DNA of 64,000 bases from Minisyncoccota bacterium (GCA_041917695.1 JAYRXE010000037.1:2155-66154), one strand, 5' to 3'. Shown: positions 51,752 through 60,680, counted from the stretch's first letter. Numbers and translations are program-made. The notes: a model not told the origin generated them from the letters alone.

Positions 51752-53866
51752 CTATTCCCTGTGCAGGGTCTTCGCAAACTCAGTGATGCGGCGTTTTATC
51801 TCCGGCACCGTGTCGAGGCGGGGGTCGGTGCGGAGAATCTCGTCCGCGTATTCCTTCGCGTGCTTCAAAAGGCGGGGATTCTGGAGCGCCGACATCGCCA
51901 AATCGGGGAAGCCCGATTGCGAGAGCCCGAAGAGCTCGCCCGGCCCCCGGTCTTTCAAATCATACTCGGCGAGTTCAAAACCGTTTTTTGCTTTCTCAAG
52001 ATATCGGAGCCGTTCCTGGGTTTTCTCGTCCTCCTTTTCGGTGAAGAGGAGGCAATGCGATTGGTGCATGCCTCTCCCTACGCGGCCGCGAAATTGGTAA
52101 AGCTGGGCGAGGCCGAAGCGGTCGGCGTCTTCAACCATCATGACGGTCGCGTTCGGGACGTCGATGCCGACCTCGATGACCGACGTAGAGACCAGGATGT
52201 CGATTTTTCGCGCGGAAAAGTCTCCCATCACTTTCTCTTTCTCCGCCGGCTTCATCTTCCCATGCAGCATGCCCACGCGAAGATCAGGGAAGGTTTTCTT
52301 TGCAAGCTTTTCGTACTCGAGCTTCACAGACTTCGCTTCAAGGGTCGCTTCCTCCTTTTCGGTGAGAGGAGCGGCTTCCGGAGGCTCGATGCGGGGACAA
52401 ATCACAAATGCCTGTCGGCCCGTCGCAATTTCTTTTTTGATGAATTCATATGCTGATTTCCGCTCATCCTTCGGTACGAGCCTCGTCTCAATCGGTTTGC
52501 GGTCTTTCGGCAGCTCGGTGATGAGTGAGAGATCAAGGTCTGCAAAAAGCACGAGGGACATCGTGCGGGGAATCGGCGTTGCGGACATCGAAAGGAAATG
52601 CGGCACGACTTTGCCGGTTTCAGCTTCGAGAAGCTTGGCGCGCTGGGAAACGCCGAAGCGGTGCTGTTCGTCCACGACGGCGAGCACGAGGTTTTTGAAC
52701 GCGCTCCGGCGGTTCAAGAGGGCGTGGGTGCCCACGACGATCTTCACCGCGCCTTTTTTGATTTCCTTTTCGAGCGCGGGCTTTGTCATCACGGTTTCAA
52801 GCCCTGCGCCGTAGAAGACGCGCGCTTCCGAGGCGGTGAGGAGCGCGATACCCGTTTCAAGTTCGCCGAAAAGGCGGGTGAGATTTCCGTAATGCTGGCG
52901 TGCGAGGATTTCCGTCGGCGCCATCATCGCGGCCTGGAAGCCTTTTTGGGCGGCAAGTACGGCGGCAAGCGCTGCAACGATGGTCTTTCCGCTTCCCACG
53001 TCTCCCTGCAGCAGGCGGTGCATGGGGAAGCCTCTTCCCAAGTCTTTTACCGTTTCCCACAAGGCGTGCTTTTGCGATTCCGTGAGCTCGAATGGCACGA
53101 GCTTCAAGAGTTCTTTGATCTCCTCTGTCTCTATCGGAAGCGGGAACGCTTTCTTCGCCTCTATCCTTTTTCGCTCAAGTCCCATATGGACGGAAAGCGT
53201 GAGGAGCTCCTCAAAGGCGAATCGCGCTTTTGCATGATAGGCAGCGGCAAGATTTTCGGGAAAATGGATGGCGCGCAGCGCATCTTCCCGTCCCGGCAAA
53301 TTTTCCTTTTCGAGCATCTCCACCGGCAGGGTTTCGGGTACGCGCACGTGGTTCAAGATCGGCTGAACGATGAAGCGGATGCCGCGGGAAGTCAGTCCCT
53401 TCGTTTCGCGGTAGACGGGGACGATGCGCGCGGTGTGCTTAGTGGATTCGTTTTCAGAAGGCTCGTAGAGTGGGTTGGTGAGCTGGATGCGCCCGTCTTT
53501 TTCGGTGACGCGCCCGGCGAAATTCGCGTGCGCTCCCTTGGGAAGGGATTTCGCCACATACGATTGGTTGAACCATACGATGGAGAGCTTGCCGGTGCCG
53601 TCCGAGATCCGCGCTTCCGTGATCGTCATGCGCCTCCGCCAGATCTTCCGGAGCTCGATCTTTTCAACGATGCCGCTTACCGTACAGGACGTTCCGGCCG
53701 TGAGTTCGGCAATGGGCGTGATTCGCGAAAAGTCCTCATAGCGATAGGGGAAGTGGAAGAAAAGGTCTTTCACGGTCTCGACCCCCAGTTTTTTGAGCCG
53801 CTCGGCAAAATAGCCGCGCATGGATTTCAGCTGTGCAATGGGAGTTTCGAGGGAGATGAGCGGCAT
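51752..53866 (-). CDS. recG: ATP-dependent DNA helicase RecG
   Basis: Wedge domain, Walker A GDVGSGKT, DEQHRFG and helicase C motifs. The product is 704 aa. Confidence 0.92.
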   Translation of the reverse strand: MPLISLETPIAQLKSMRGYFAERLKKLGVETVKDLFFHFPYRYEDFSRITPIAELTAGTSCTVSGIVEKIELRKIWRRRMTITEARISDGTGKLSIVWFNQSYVAKSLPKGAHANFAGRVTEKDGRIQLTNPLYEPSENESTKHTARIVPVYRETKGLTSRGIRFIVQPILNHVRVPETLPVEMLEKENLPGREDALRAIHFPENLAAAYHAKARFAFEELLTLSVHMGLERKRIEAKKAFPLPIETEEIKELLKLVPFELTESQKHALWETVKDLGRGFPMHRLLQGDVGSGKTIVAALAAVLAAQKGFQAAMMAPTEILARQHYGNLTRLFGELETGIALLTASEARVFYGAGLETVMTKPALEKEIKKGAVKIVVGTHALLNRRSAFKNLVLAVVDEQHRFGVSQRAKLLEAETGKVVPHFLSMSATPIPRTMSLVLFADLDLSLITELPKDRKPIETRLVPKDERKSAYEFIKKEIATGRQAFVICPRIEPPEAAPLTEKEEATLEAKSVKLEYEKLAKKTFPDLRVGMLHGKMKPAEKEKVMGDFSARKIDILVSTSVIEVGIDVPNATVMMVEDADRFGLAQLYQFRGRVGRGMHQSHCLLFTEKEDEKTQERLRYLEKAKNGFELAEYDLKDRGPGELFGLSQSGFPDLAMSALQNPRLLKHAKEYADEILRTDPRLDTVPEIKRRITEFAKTLHRE

Positions 53867-53913
53867 ACCCTCTAGTTTTAGCAGATTTCAGCCCCCTTTC
53901 CGAGAAAGCGCCG

Positions 53914-54234
53914 ATGTGCTTCCATGGTGAGAGCAGGATTCACAATCTATTCTCAGAAAGGAGTTGTTGCCCTATGGCACTCTGGAAATTGTTTGTATTG
54001 TTTTTTGCCGCACTCGCCATATCCATTCTTAACGGCGCATGCGGTCCGGGAGTGTGGTGCGGAAACGCGCTGCATGACCATTCGGTGCGCGCGATCCCGG
54101 GAGGAACGAATACCTTCTTCTTCAACCCCGAAATTCCCGAAGGCGAAGACCATATCGCCATTCCTGAATTCCCTCCGGAAGAATTTTTTGAGGAACCCGA
54201 TGCGATTGACGATATCGACATGAAAAATATTTGA
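53914..54234 (+). CDS. small secreted hypothetical protein with acidic C-terminus
   Basis: Hydrophobic stretch MALWKLFVLFFAALAISILNGA is signal-peptide-like. The alternative start at about 53974 is more likely. Confidence 0.4.
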   Translation: MCFHGESRIHNLFSERSCCPMALWKLFVLFFAALAISILNGACGPGVWCGNALHDHSVRAIPGGTNTFFFNPEIPEGEDHIAIPEFPPEEFFEEPDAIDDIDMKNI

Positions 54235-54376
54235 ATACCAAAATCCCCCAGCGGGGGATTTTTATTCTTGCCAAATGGAAAGAGTGTGGTATGGTTTTTC
54301 ATAGCACTTCAGCGGTAACGCTGGAGATAACATACCAATTATTCATTAACTTTTAACCCAGTGGAGAAGAATCCCG

Positions 54377-54691
54377 ATGAGAAAATTAATCACTTCGGGG
54401 CTCCTTTTCCTGGTTTGCCTCTTCGTCATGGGAGTAAGCGCGTATTCGTCGGGCAAGGGCGATGTGATCGTTGGCGGGTTTGCCGATGATGATATCCTTG
54501 CCGGAATAACGCAGACAAAACCGTACGGAGAAATGCAAAACCCGGAAAAGATGTGCTCACCGCCCGAAACGGCGAACATTACCAACCCGATGGTTGGGGT
54601 CACAAAAGTTTCAGGTAATATCCAGGGTGCCGTTTCGGCAGGCGAGAGGGGGACAGAGGTGGCGTACGCCACAGAACTTGCTCTTTGCTGA
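54377..54691 (+). CDS. small secreted hypothetical protein
   Basis: Signal peptide MRKLITSGLLFLVCLFVMGVSAYS. Confidence 0.45.
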   Translation: MRKLITSGLLFLVCLFVMGVSAYSSGKGDVIVGGFADDDILAGITQTKPYGEMQNPEKMCSPPETANITNPMVGVTKVSGNIQGAVSAGERGTEVAYATELALC

Positions 54692-54860
54692 AATAACATC
54701 CAGTAATGAATAAAAAAATTAAAGGCACGATGCCTTTAGGGTTTATCCCAAGAAAGAAGCGCTCTCCTATTATGTACGGAGGCGCTTTTTATTTTTGACA
54801 ATACCGCCCGCGTAGCGTACAAAGAGGCGAGTATTTCAATAATTTTAAAAGGAGGTTCAG

Positions 54861-55268
54861 GTGTTCGGTCTCAATAAGAAAGGGGCGGTGAAAGTCCTTG
54901 ATCCAAAGGCGGATTATTCAAATCTTTGGCATTTTAATGACGATTTTCACGTTATTAAGGTTTTGGATATTTCAGAAAGATTCGAATCGAAAGCGGGAGA
55001 AATCATTCTTCTTTATGGAGCGCGGGGAAGGGACACGGAAGCGTTTTTTCTAAAATTCGGTACGGGATCTACTTATTGTCCGTTAACTTCTCAATTCGAT
55101 TATTATTTGGCAGAAAGGCTATATTGGCTTGTAGATATTCTCGGCTCGGATTCTTCTTCTTTTTATGATTTTATTCAATTTCACCGCCCGCCGACGGAGA
55201 GATGGGTGCATGCCATAAGTCCTTTTTTCGGCATCACGGACAGCACGTACATGAAAAGTTACATTTAA
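54861..55268 (+). CDS. hypothetical protein (AT-rich)
   Basis: AAAGGAGG RBS and a GTG start. Confidence 0.4.
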   Translation: MFGLNKKGAVKVLDPKADYSNLWHFNDDFHVIKVLDISERFESKAGEIILLYGARGRDTEAFFLKFGTGSTYCPLTSQFDYYLAERLYWLVDILGSDSSSFYDFIQFHRPPTERWVHAISPFFGITDSTYMKSYI

Positions 55269-55363
55269 ACGCCCTCCGGGGCGTTTTTATTGCGAATTTT
55301 CCGGGGTGTGCTATAAAAAGGCCACAGTAAACCGTTTAACAAATTAATCCGAGAAAGGTACAG

Positions 55364-55621
55364 GTGACTCTGATGGCACGCATCAAAATTTCTTACCGCC
55401 ACATCGTGCGCGGCATTCTCACGATGATTTGCGGCATTGCGCTCTTTGTTTCGCTGGAACTGGCGCAAATCGCTTCATGCATGACGACACTGGAAGATAC
55501 TCATTTTTCAAATCCGCACCAGGTTGCCCCGATCGAAAGGATTGTTCCCAACGTTCAGGGACATGTTTTTCCGAAACCGACCGGGACACGGATAGAATTG
55601 CATGCACGCAGTAATTGCTGA
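55364..55621 (+). CDS. small hypothetical membrane protein
   Basis: One TM helix. Confidence 0.3.
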   Translation: MTLMARIKISYRHIVRGILTMICGIALFVSLELAQIASCMTTLEDTHFSNPHQVAPIERIVPNVQGHVFPKPTGTRIELHARSNC

Positions 55622-55750
55622 TTTTGTTTCATGCTGTTACCTCTTATTAATTGTTTTACCTCCGATTGGCGCCCTCTGTGGGCGCCTTTTTCTTGAAAAA
55701 GTTCCCCGGCTATTCTAATCTAACGAAAGTCCTTCAGAAGCGGTTTTATC

Positions 55751-55823
55751 GCCCCGTTAGCTCAGTTGGTAGAGCAGTTGCCTCTTAAGCAAACGGTCCT
55801 AGGTTCGAGCCCTAGACGGGGCA
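55751..55823 (+). tRNA. tRNA-Lys (anticodon CTT)
   Basis: GCCCCGT...ACGGGGC-A. Anticodon loop CTCTTAA. Confidence 0.85.
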
Positions 55824-55963
55824 CACCGTGCATTTTATTCCAGAGCTCGAACCCGTATGGGGTCGGGAGCGGCGGAACGCTCCCGCGGAGGAATGCATGC
55901 CTGCGTAGGCAGGCATTGAAAACCGTGGGTTTTCAACTCCGTGAGATTGCCCTAGACGGGGCA
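55824..55963 (+). repeat. tRNA-Lys 3'-flanking structured module ending in a copy of the tRNA-Lys 3' end
   Basis: It contains hairpin gcatgcctgcgtaggcaggcat and hairpin TTGAAAACCgtgGGTTTTCAA, then CCGTGAGATTGCCCTAGACGGGGCACAC, which repeats the tRNA 3' end at 55811-55826. Confidence 0.7.
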
Positions 55964-56005
55964 CACTTTTCGCTTTCAATCCCTCTTCTTGTAGGATAAA
56001 CATGC

Positions 56006-56079
56006 GTCCTCGTAGCTCAACTGGATAGAGTACTTGGCTTCGAACCAAGAGGTTGCAGGTTCAAGTCCTGCCGAGGACA
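56006..56079 (+). tRNA. tRNA-Arg (anticodon TCG)
   Basis: GTCCTCG...CGAGGAC-A. Anticodon loop CTTCGAA. Confidence 0.8.
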
Positions 56080-56095
56080 CCCTATTCTCAGCCGT

Positions 56096-57574
56096 ATGAA
56101 AAAAGAAGCCGATATCGCGATTCCGCGTCCCGTGGTGGATGCGGCGAGCGCCCTTATCCACAAGGGCTATCAGGCGTATCTGGTCGGGGGGTCCGTGCGC
56201 GATATGGCACGGGGCATTGCGCCGAAGGATTACGATATCGCGACCGACGCCCTGCCGGAAGATGTGCTTAAAATTTTCCCCGACGGGAAATATGAAAATT
56301 CATTCGGCACGGTCCTCGTTAAAACCGGTTCAGACGATGAAACGGTAAAGATCCTTGAAGTCACCACGTTCCGCATCGAAGGCAAATACTCCGATTTCCG
56401 CCGCCCGGATGACGTGACGTTTGCAAAGACCATCGAGGAGGATCTCTCGCGGCGCGATTTCACGGTGAATGCGCTCGCGCTCGATCTTTCGCCACAGGGG
56501 AGCGGGGAGATCGTCGACCCGTTCGGCGGAAGAGATGATTTGGAAAATGGCCTCATCCGCGCCGTCGGGAATCCCGACGACCGTTTCACTGAAGATGCCT
56601 TGCGTCTCATCCGTGCCGTGCGTTTTGCCGTCGCGCTCGATTTCGCTATCGAGAAAGAGACCTTTTCGGCCCTGGTGGGCCGCGCACCGCTACTCGAAAA
56701 AGTCGCGAAAGAGCGCATCCGCGACGAGTTCCAGAAAATCATCATGACTCCCCGCGCTGCGGATGGCGTAGTGCTCCTCGAGGAAGCGGGACTCCTTCGG
56801 TACGTGATGCCGGAACTCCGGGAGGGAATCGGATGCGCGCAGAATAAGCACCATATCTATACCGTTTTCGAGCATAACGTGAAGGCGCTCGAGTATGCGG
56901 CGCAAAAGGGCTTTTCGCTTGAGGTTCGCCTTGCGGCACTGATGCATGACATCGGGAAACCTCGCACGAAGCGTGGGCAGGGAGCTGACGCGACCTTCTA
57001 TAATCACGAGATGGTCGGCGCGCGGATGGCGAAAGAGATTCTCACGAGGCTTGCGTTTTCCTCGGCAACCATCGAAAAGGTGCGGCATCTTATCCGTTAC
57101 CACATGTTCTATTACAACGTGGGCGAGGTTTCCGCTTCAGGCGTACGCCGTTTCCTCGCGCGCGTCGGGAGCGAGCATATCGACGACATCATGCGCGTCC
57201 GCGAAGCGGACCGCATCGGCAGCCACGTGCCGAAGGCGTTCCCGTACAAATTGCGGCATCTGATGTTCATGATAGAAAAGGTCCGGCACGACCCCGTGCA
57301 TCCGAAGATGCTCGTCGTGAAAGGCGACGACGTGATGAAGTTCCTTGGCATTCCCGCCGGCCCGAAGGTGGGTCAGGTGCTTTCCGTACTCCTTGAGGAT
57401 GTACTCGACGATCCCTCGCGGAATACCCGGGAATATCTTGAGCCGCGTGTCCGCGAACTCGGAAGCCTAACCGACGAGGAGCTTGTGAAGCGGATGCAGG
57501 ATGCCAAAGAGCGCGCCCGCGAAGCCGAAGAAGAGACGGAGGAAGAAATGAAGCGGAAGTTCAAGGTACAATAA
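56096..57574 (+). CDS. cca: CCA-adding tRNA nucleotidyltransferase with HD domain
   Basis: Pol-beta-like head GGSVRDMARGIAPKDYDIAT and HD motif LMHDIGK. This matches the absence of encoded CCA on most tRNAs here. Confidence 0.88.
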   Translation: MKKEADIAIPRPVVDAASALIHKGYQAYLVGGSVRDMARGIAPKDYDIATDALPEDVLKIFPDGKYENSFGTVLVKTGSDDETVKILEVTTFRIEGKYSDFRRPDDVTFAKTIEEDLSRRDFTVNALALDLSPQGSGEIVDPFGGRDDLENGLIRAVGNPDDRFTEDALRLIRAVRFAVALDFAIEKETFSALVGRAPLLEKVAKERIRDEFQKIIMTPRAADGVVLLEEAGLLRYVMPELREGIGCAQNKHHIYTVFEHNVKALEYAAQKGFSLEVRLAALMHDIGKPRTKRGQGADATFYNHEMVGARMAKEILTRLAFSSATIEKVRHLIRYHMFYYNVGEVSASGVRRFLARVGSEHIDDIMRVREADRIGSHVPKAFPYKLRHLMFMIEKVRHDPVHPKMLVVKGDDVMKFLGIPAGPKVGQVLSVLLEDVLDDPSRNTREYLEPRVRELGSLTDEELVKRMQDAKERAREAEEETEEEMKRKFKVQ

Positions 57575-57580
57575 GAGCAT

Positions 57581-58147
57581 ATGCGGAACGCCATCAAGAT
57601 ACTTCTTTTTGCCGATGCGTGGTGCGGTTTCGCGCTCGGTATGATCGGGCCTATTTACGCGATCTTCGTGGAAGGCATCGGCGGGAGCATCTTGGATGCG
57701 AGCTGGGCGTACTTCGCCTTCATGGTTTCGCAAGGACTCGCGCTTTTCGCGCTCGGTCACGCCGAAGACCGCACGATCCGCCGGGAGCGCTACGTGACGG
57801 GCGGATATGCGCTTATTGCCTTGAGCTGCCTGATGTACTTGGTGGTGTACGACCAAACGACGCTCGTTATCACGCAGGTCGTCGCCGGCCTTGGCGGAGC
57901 CGTGCTTTCTCCCGCGTTCGATTCGCTCTACGGCGAACACGTCGATAAAAAACATGAGGCCTCGGAGTGGGGGTATTGGGAGGGGATGGGGTATCTCGTC
58001 ACCGCCGCGGGCGCCATCACCGGGGGATACATCGCACATCTCTACGGATTTCGGACGCTTTTCCTCTACATGTTTGCCGTTTCTTTTGTGAGTGTCCTTG
58101 TTTCCCTAAATTTGTGGCGGGGCGAAAAGTATTTAGCCAATCATTAA
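57581..58147 (+). CDS. half-size (6-TM) MFS-like membrane protein
   Basis: Six predicted TM helices and an MFS motif-A-like GHAEDRTIRRER after TM2. It is only 188 aa. Confidence 0.45.
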   Translation: MRNAIKILLFADAWCGFALGMIGPIYAIFVEGIGGSILDASWAYFAFMVSQGLALFALGHAEDRTIRRERYVTGGYALIALSCLMYLVVYDQTTLVITQVVAGLGGAVLSPAFDSLYGEHVDKKHEASEWGYWEGMGYLVTAAGAITGGYIAHLYGFRTLFLYMFAVSFVSVLVSLNLWRGEKYLANH

Positions 58148-58152
58148 CGACC

Positions 58153-58584
58153 ATGAAAGTACGCATCAAACGGTTTGATACCGAACTTCCGCTTCCCGAA
58201 TACAAAACTTCCGGGGCAGCCGCTTTCGATTTGACCGCGCGTGAAGAAGTGACGATAGCACCCCATGTGATCGGTTACGTACCGCTAAACGTCGCCATCG
58301 AGACCCCGGAAGGATATTTTCTTCTTATCGCCGCCCGAAGCGGTACTCATAAGCGGGGACTTATGCTCTCAAATGGAATTGGGATTATCGACCCCGACTA
58401 TTCGGGGGACAATGACGAGGTGATCGCCGCTTACTTTAATTTTACGGAAACCCCTGTTATAGTGGAGCGCGGAGAACGGATCGCTCAAGGAACATTCATA
58501 AAGATCGAGAGGGGGATTTGGCAGGAGGAAAAATCCATGCCAAACAAAAACCGCGGCGGATTTGGCTCCACAGGACATAAATAA
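58153..58584 (+). CDS. dut: dUTP diphosphatase
   Basis: AARSGTHKRGLMLSNGIGIIDPDYSGD dUTPase motifs. Start taken at the internal ATG (MKVRIKR). Confidence 0.88.
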   Translation: MKVRIKRFDTELPLPEYKTSGAAAFDLTAREEVTIAPHVIGYVPLNVAIETPEGYFLLIAARSGTHKRGLMLSNGIGIIDPDYSGDNDEVIAAYFNFTETPVIVERGERIAQGTFIKIERGIWQEEKSMPNKNRGGFGSTGHK

Positions 58585-58588
58585 TCAT

Positions 58589-58659
58589 CGGGCTGTCGTA
58601 TACCGGTAGTACGCACGCTTCGGGTGCGTGTAGACTGGGTTCAATTCCCAGCAGCCCGA
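58589..58659 (+). tRNA. tRNA-Pro (anticodon CGG)
   Basis: CGGGCTG...CAGCCCG-A. Anticodon loop TTCGGGT. Starts 4 nt after the dut stop. Confidence 0.85.
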
Positions 58660-58852
58660 CTAAATACAAACGCAGGCTGAATGCCTGCGTTTGTGTTTGT
58701 TGAATTAGGGAATTGAACGAGGGATGGGTCGGAAGGGAAACGGATGTGTCCCTTCCGTGTCGGAGAGACCGCCAGCCGGCGGTTGAGAACCGAGGGTTCT
58801 CAAGGAGTCCCGCCTTTGGCGGGACGACGTGAAATTCCCAGCAGCCCGACCA
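58660..58852 (+). repeat. tRNA-Pro 3'-flanking structured module (four hairpins) ending in GACGTGAAATTCCCAGCAGCCCGACCA
   Basis: Hairpins: aaacgcaggctgaatgcctgcgttt, ggaagggaaacggatgtgtcccttcc, ccgccagccggcgg, ttgagaaccgagggttctcaa and cccgcctttggcggg. Then comes a T-loop-like motif and a copy of the acceptor 3' strand. An inverted copy is at 51480-51669. Confidence 0.75.
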
Positions 58853-58967
58853 ATAATCTAAAAGCCGCCTTAAGGCGGCTTTTAGATTAGAAAATTTGCC
58901 TCATTTTTGCTTTTCCTGTATGACAAAGGCAGAAATATTAACGTTTTAAAACGAAAGAGAGGGATAC

Positions 58968-59759
58968 GTGGAAAACCTATTTTCCAAGCTTTTCAAGGAT
59001 TCAAAGATCATTATCGGAATGTTGCATATCTTGAACGGCAATAAATCCGTTGATGAGATCACCGAAGATGTTTTGAACGATTTGTACATCTATAAAGGAC
59101 GGGTGCACGGCGCCATCGTTGAGAATTACGGATGGGGAGGCGGGAATTCGTACCGCGCAAACCCGCGCGTTGAAGAAATCCTCACGAAGGTTACGAAAGC
59201 GGCAGTTACCGCAGGCGGTTCGAATTTTGTCATCGGCGTGAACGTGCTTCCGAATGATTACAAAATGGCTTTCCGTATCGCGCGGAACGCCGGCGCGGAA
59301 TTCATACAGCTTGATTATGTGGCAGGGGCGTACGAAGGAAGCGATTTGACCGAATGGGATGATTTCATGAAAGAACGCGAGCGTTGCGCCGATATCGCCG
59401 TATTAGGCGGAATATACCCCAAGTACTACCGCCCTACGAAGGAGTCTCCTTCATTCATACGCTCTGCTTTTGACGCAATGGACCGCGCGGACGCAATCGT
59501 GATAACCGGAGAAAAGACCGGCGGCGAGGCGAATCAGAAGGATATTGAAACACTGAACCGCTATCCCGAACTGAAACCTTTCCCGAAAATAATCGGGAGC
59601 GGAATGACCGCTACGAACCTCCGCCTGCTTGATGGCGTGCGGGGCGCCATCGTGGGAAGTTATTTCAAGACCGATGGGAAGGTTAATTTCGGGAGCCGCG
59701 TTGAAGAAGGCCGCGTAGAAAAATTCATGGAAGCGCTTACCAGGCGTTTCACGCTCTAA
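58968..59759 (+). CDS. BtpA/SgcQ family TIM-barrel protein
   Basis: IIIGMLHIL...GAIVENYG is a family signature. The product is 263 aa. Confidence 0.6.
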   Translation: MENLFSKLFKDSKIIIGMLHILNGNKSVDEITEDVLNDLYIYKGRVHGAIVENYGWGGGNSYRANPRVEEILTKVTKAAVTAGGSNFVIGVNVLPNDYKMAFRIARNAGAEFIQLDYVAGAYEGSDLTEWDDFMKERERCADIAVLGGIYPKYYRPTKESPSFIRSAFDAMDRADAIVITGEKTGGEANQKDIETLNRYPELKPFPKIIGSGMTATNLRLLDGVRGAIVGSYFKTDGKVNFGSRVEEGRVEKFMEALTRRFTL

Positions 59760-59783
59760 ACCAAGGCGCCATACGGCGCCTTT

Positions 59784-60677
59784 TTATTTTCCTTTCTTGT
59801 GGAGCGCCAAAAACTCGAGCGGTATCAAAAGCCCGTTCGAAAGGAAGACGAAAGCGGCGGGACCCACGAGCGCGGGAGCGCCGAAGAGGGTAAGCACGAT
59901 CACGGATGAGACCGTGAAGTTTTTTGAAATGGCGACGATGGTCCACGTGATCTTTTCCCGCTTTTTCCGCCCGAAGGCGAAGCCCGCGACCGCTTGGACG
60001 AGAAGAAGGACGAAGACGACGCCGAGCGCAATCCAAAATTCATGGGGATTCGCGCGTATCGCCGCGCTTGCCGGAGCCATGGTCGCCCAAATGAGGAGAA
60101 AGAGCAGGAATTCATTCGTCCACCCGGATTTTTTGAGAATGGGCCCGTCCCATCCGAAATGCCTCGCGATTTGCGCGAGGATGAGCGGGATGAAGACCAA
60201 TTTTGCGATAAGGAGCATCATGTCAGTCGCGTGGATGGATACCTCGGTATGCGCGAAAAACCAAACGAGAAACGGCGTCGCAAGCGGCGCGACGATGTGG
60301 GCGAGGGTGGTGCCGACGAGCGCTTTGTGAGGCTCGCCGCCAAGCACGTCCGAAAGGAAGACGACGGCAATCGCCGTCGGGGCCGCCGCAATCACCATCA
60401 GCCCGATGAACGACATGTCCGAAAGGAATCCCTTTGCCGCAAAGACCGTGAGCGTCGGCAAAACAAAGACGATGAGAAGCAGAATGAGGTATTTCCAAGC
60501 TTCCCGTTCGGCGAGGGCGATGTCTTTCATGCTGATCTTGAGGCAGGAGAAGAACATCATAAGCGCAAGCGGGTAGATGAGGTACGGCTTCAAGGGGAGG
60601 ACGGGACCGGGCAGGAAAAAGCCGAGCGCGATGCCGAGAAGGATGAAGAGGCCGAAATATTTCCGGATGTTTCGCAT
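59784..60677 (-). CDS. putative Na+-dependent transporter (BASS/SBF-like), 8-9 TM
   Basis: Polytopic membrane ORF of 297 aa. Family assignment is tentative. Confidence 0.4.
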   Translation of the reverse strand: MRNIRKYFGLFILLGIALGFFLPGPVLPLKPYLIYPLALMMFFSCLKISMKDIALAEREAWKYLILLLIVFVLPTLTVFAAKGFLSDMSFIGLMVIAAAPTAIAVVFLSDVLGGEPHKALVGTTLAHIVAPLATPFLVWFFAHTEVSIHATDMMLLIAKLVFIPLILAQIARHFGWDGPILKKSGWTNEFLLFLLIWATMAPASAAIRANPHEFWIALGVVFVLLLVQAVAGFAFGRKKREKITWTIVAISKNFTVSSVIVLTLFGAPALVGPAAFVFLSNGLLIPLEFLALHKKGK

Positions 60678-60680
60678 GGG

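Noticed and set aside
55766-55999. ORFs overlapping tRNA genes: 77-aa ORF over tRNA-Lys and its module, 41721-42338 plus over tRNA-Leu, and 55812-56048 minus and 55976-56161 minus over tRNA-Arg.
   Set aside because: They translate tRNA and module sequence (for example SVPEVGLEPTS). They are not coding.
58830-58852. tRNA-3'-like duplicates interpreted as additional tRNA or pseudo-tRNA genes.
   Set aside because: Only the T-loop-like motif and acceptor 3' strand are present. There is no D arm, anticodon arm or 5' acceptor strand. They are module termini, not tRNAs.
51338-58852. Prophage or integrative element between the two tRNA-Pro genes.
   Set aside because: No integrase, excisionase, phage structural genes or transposase are present. 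The segment holds core genes (recG, cca, dut). It is recorded instead as an inverted-repeat-bracketed segment.
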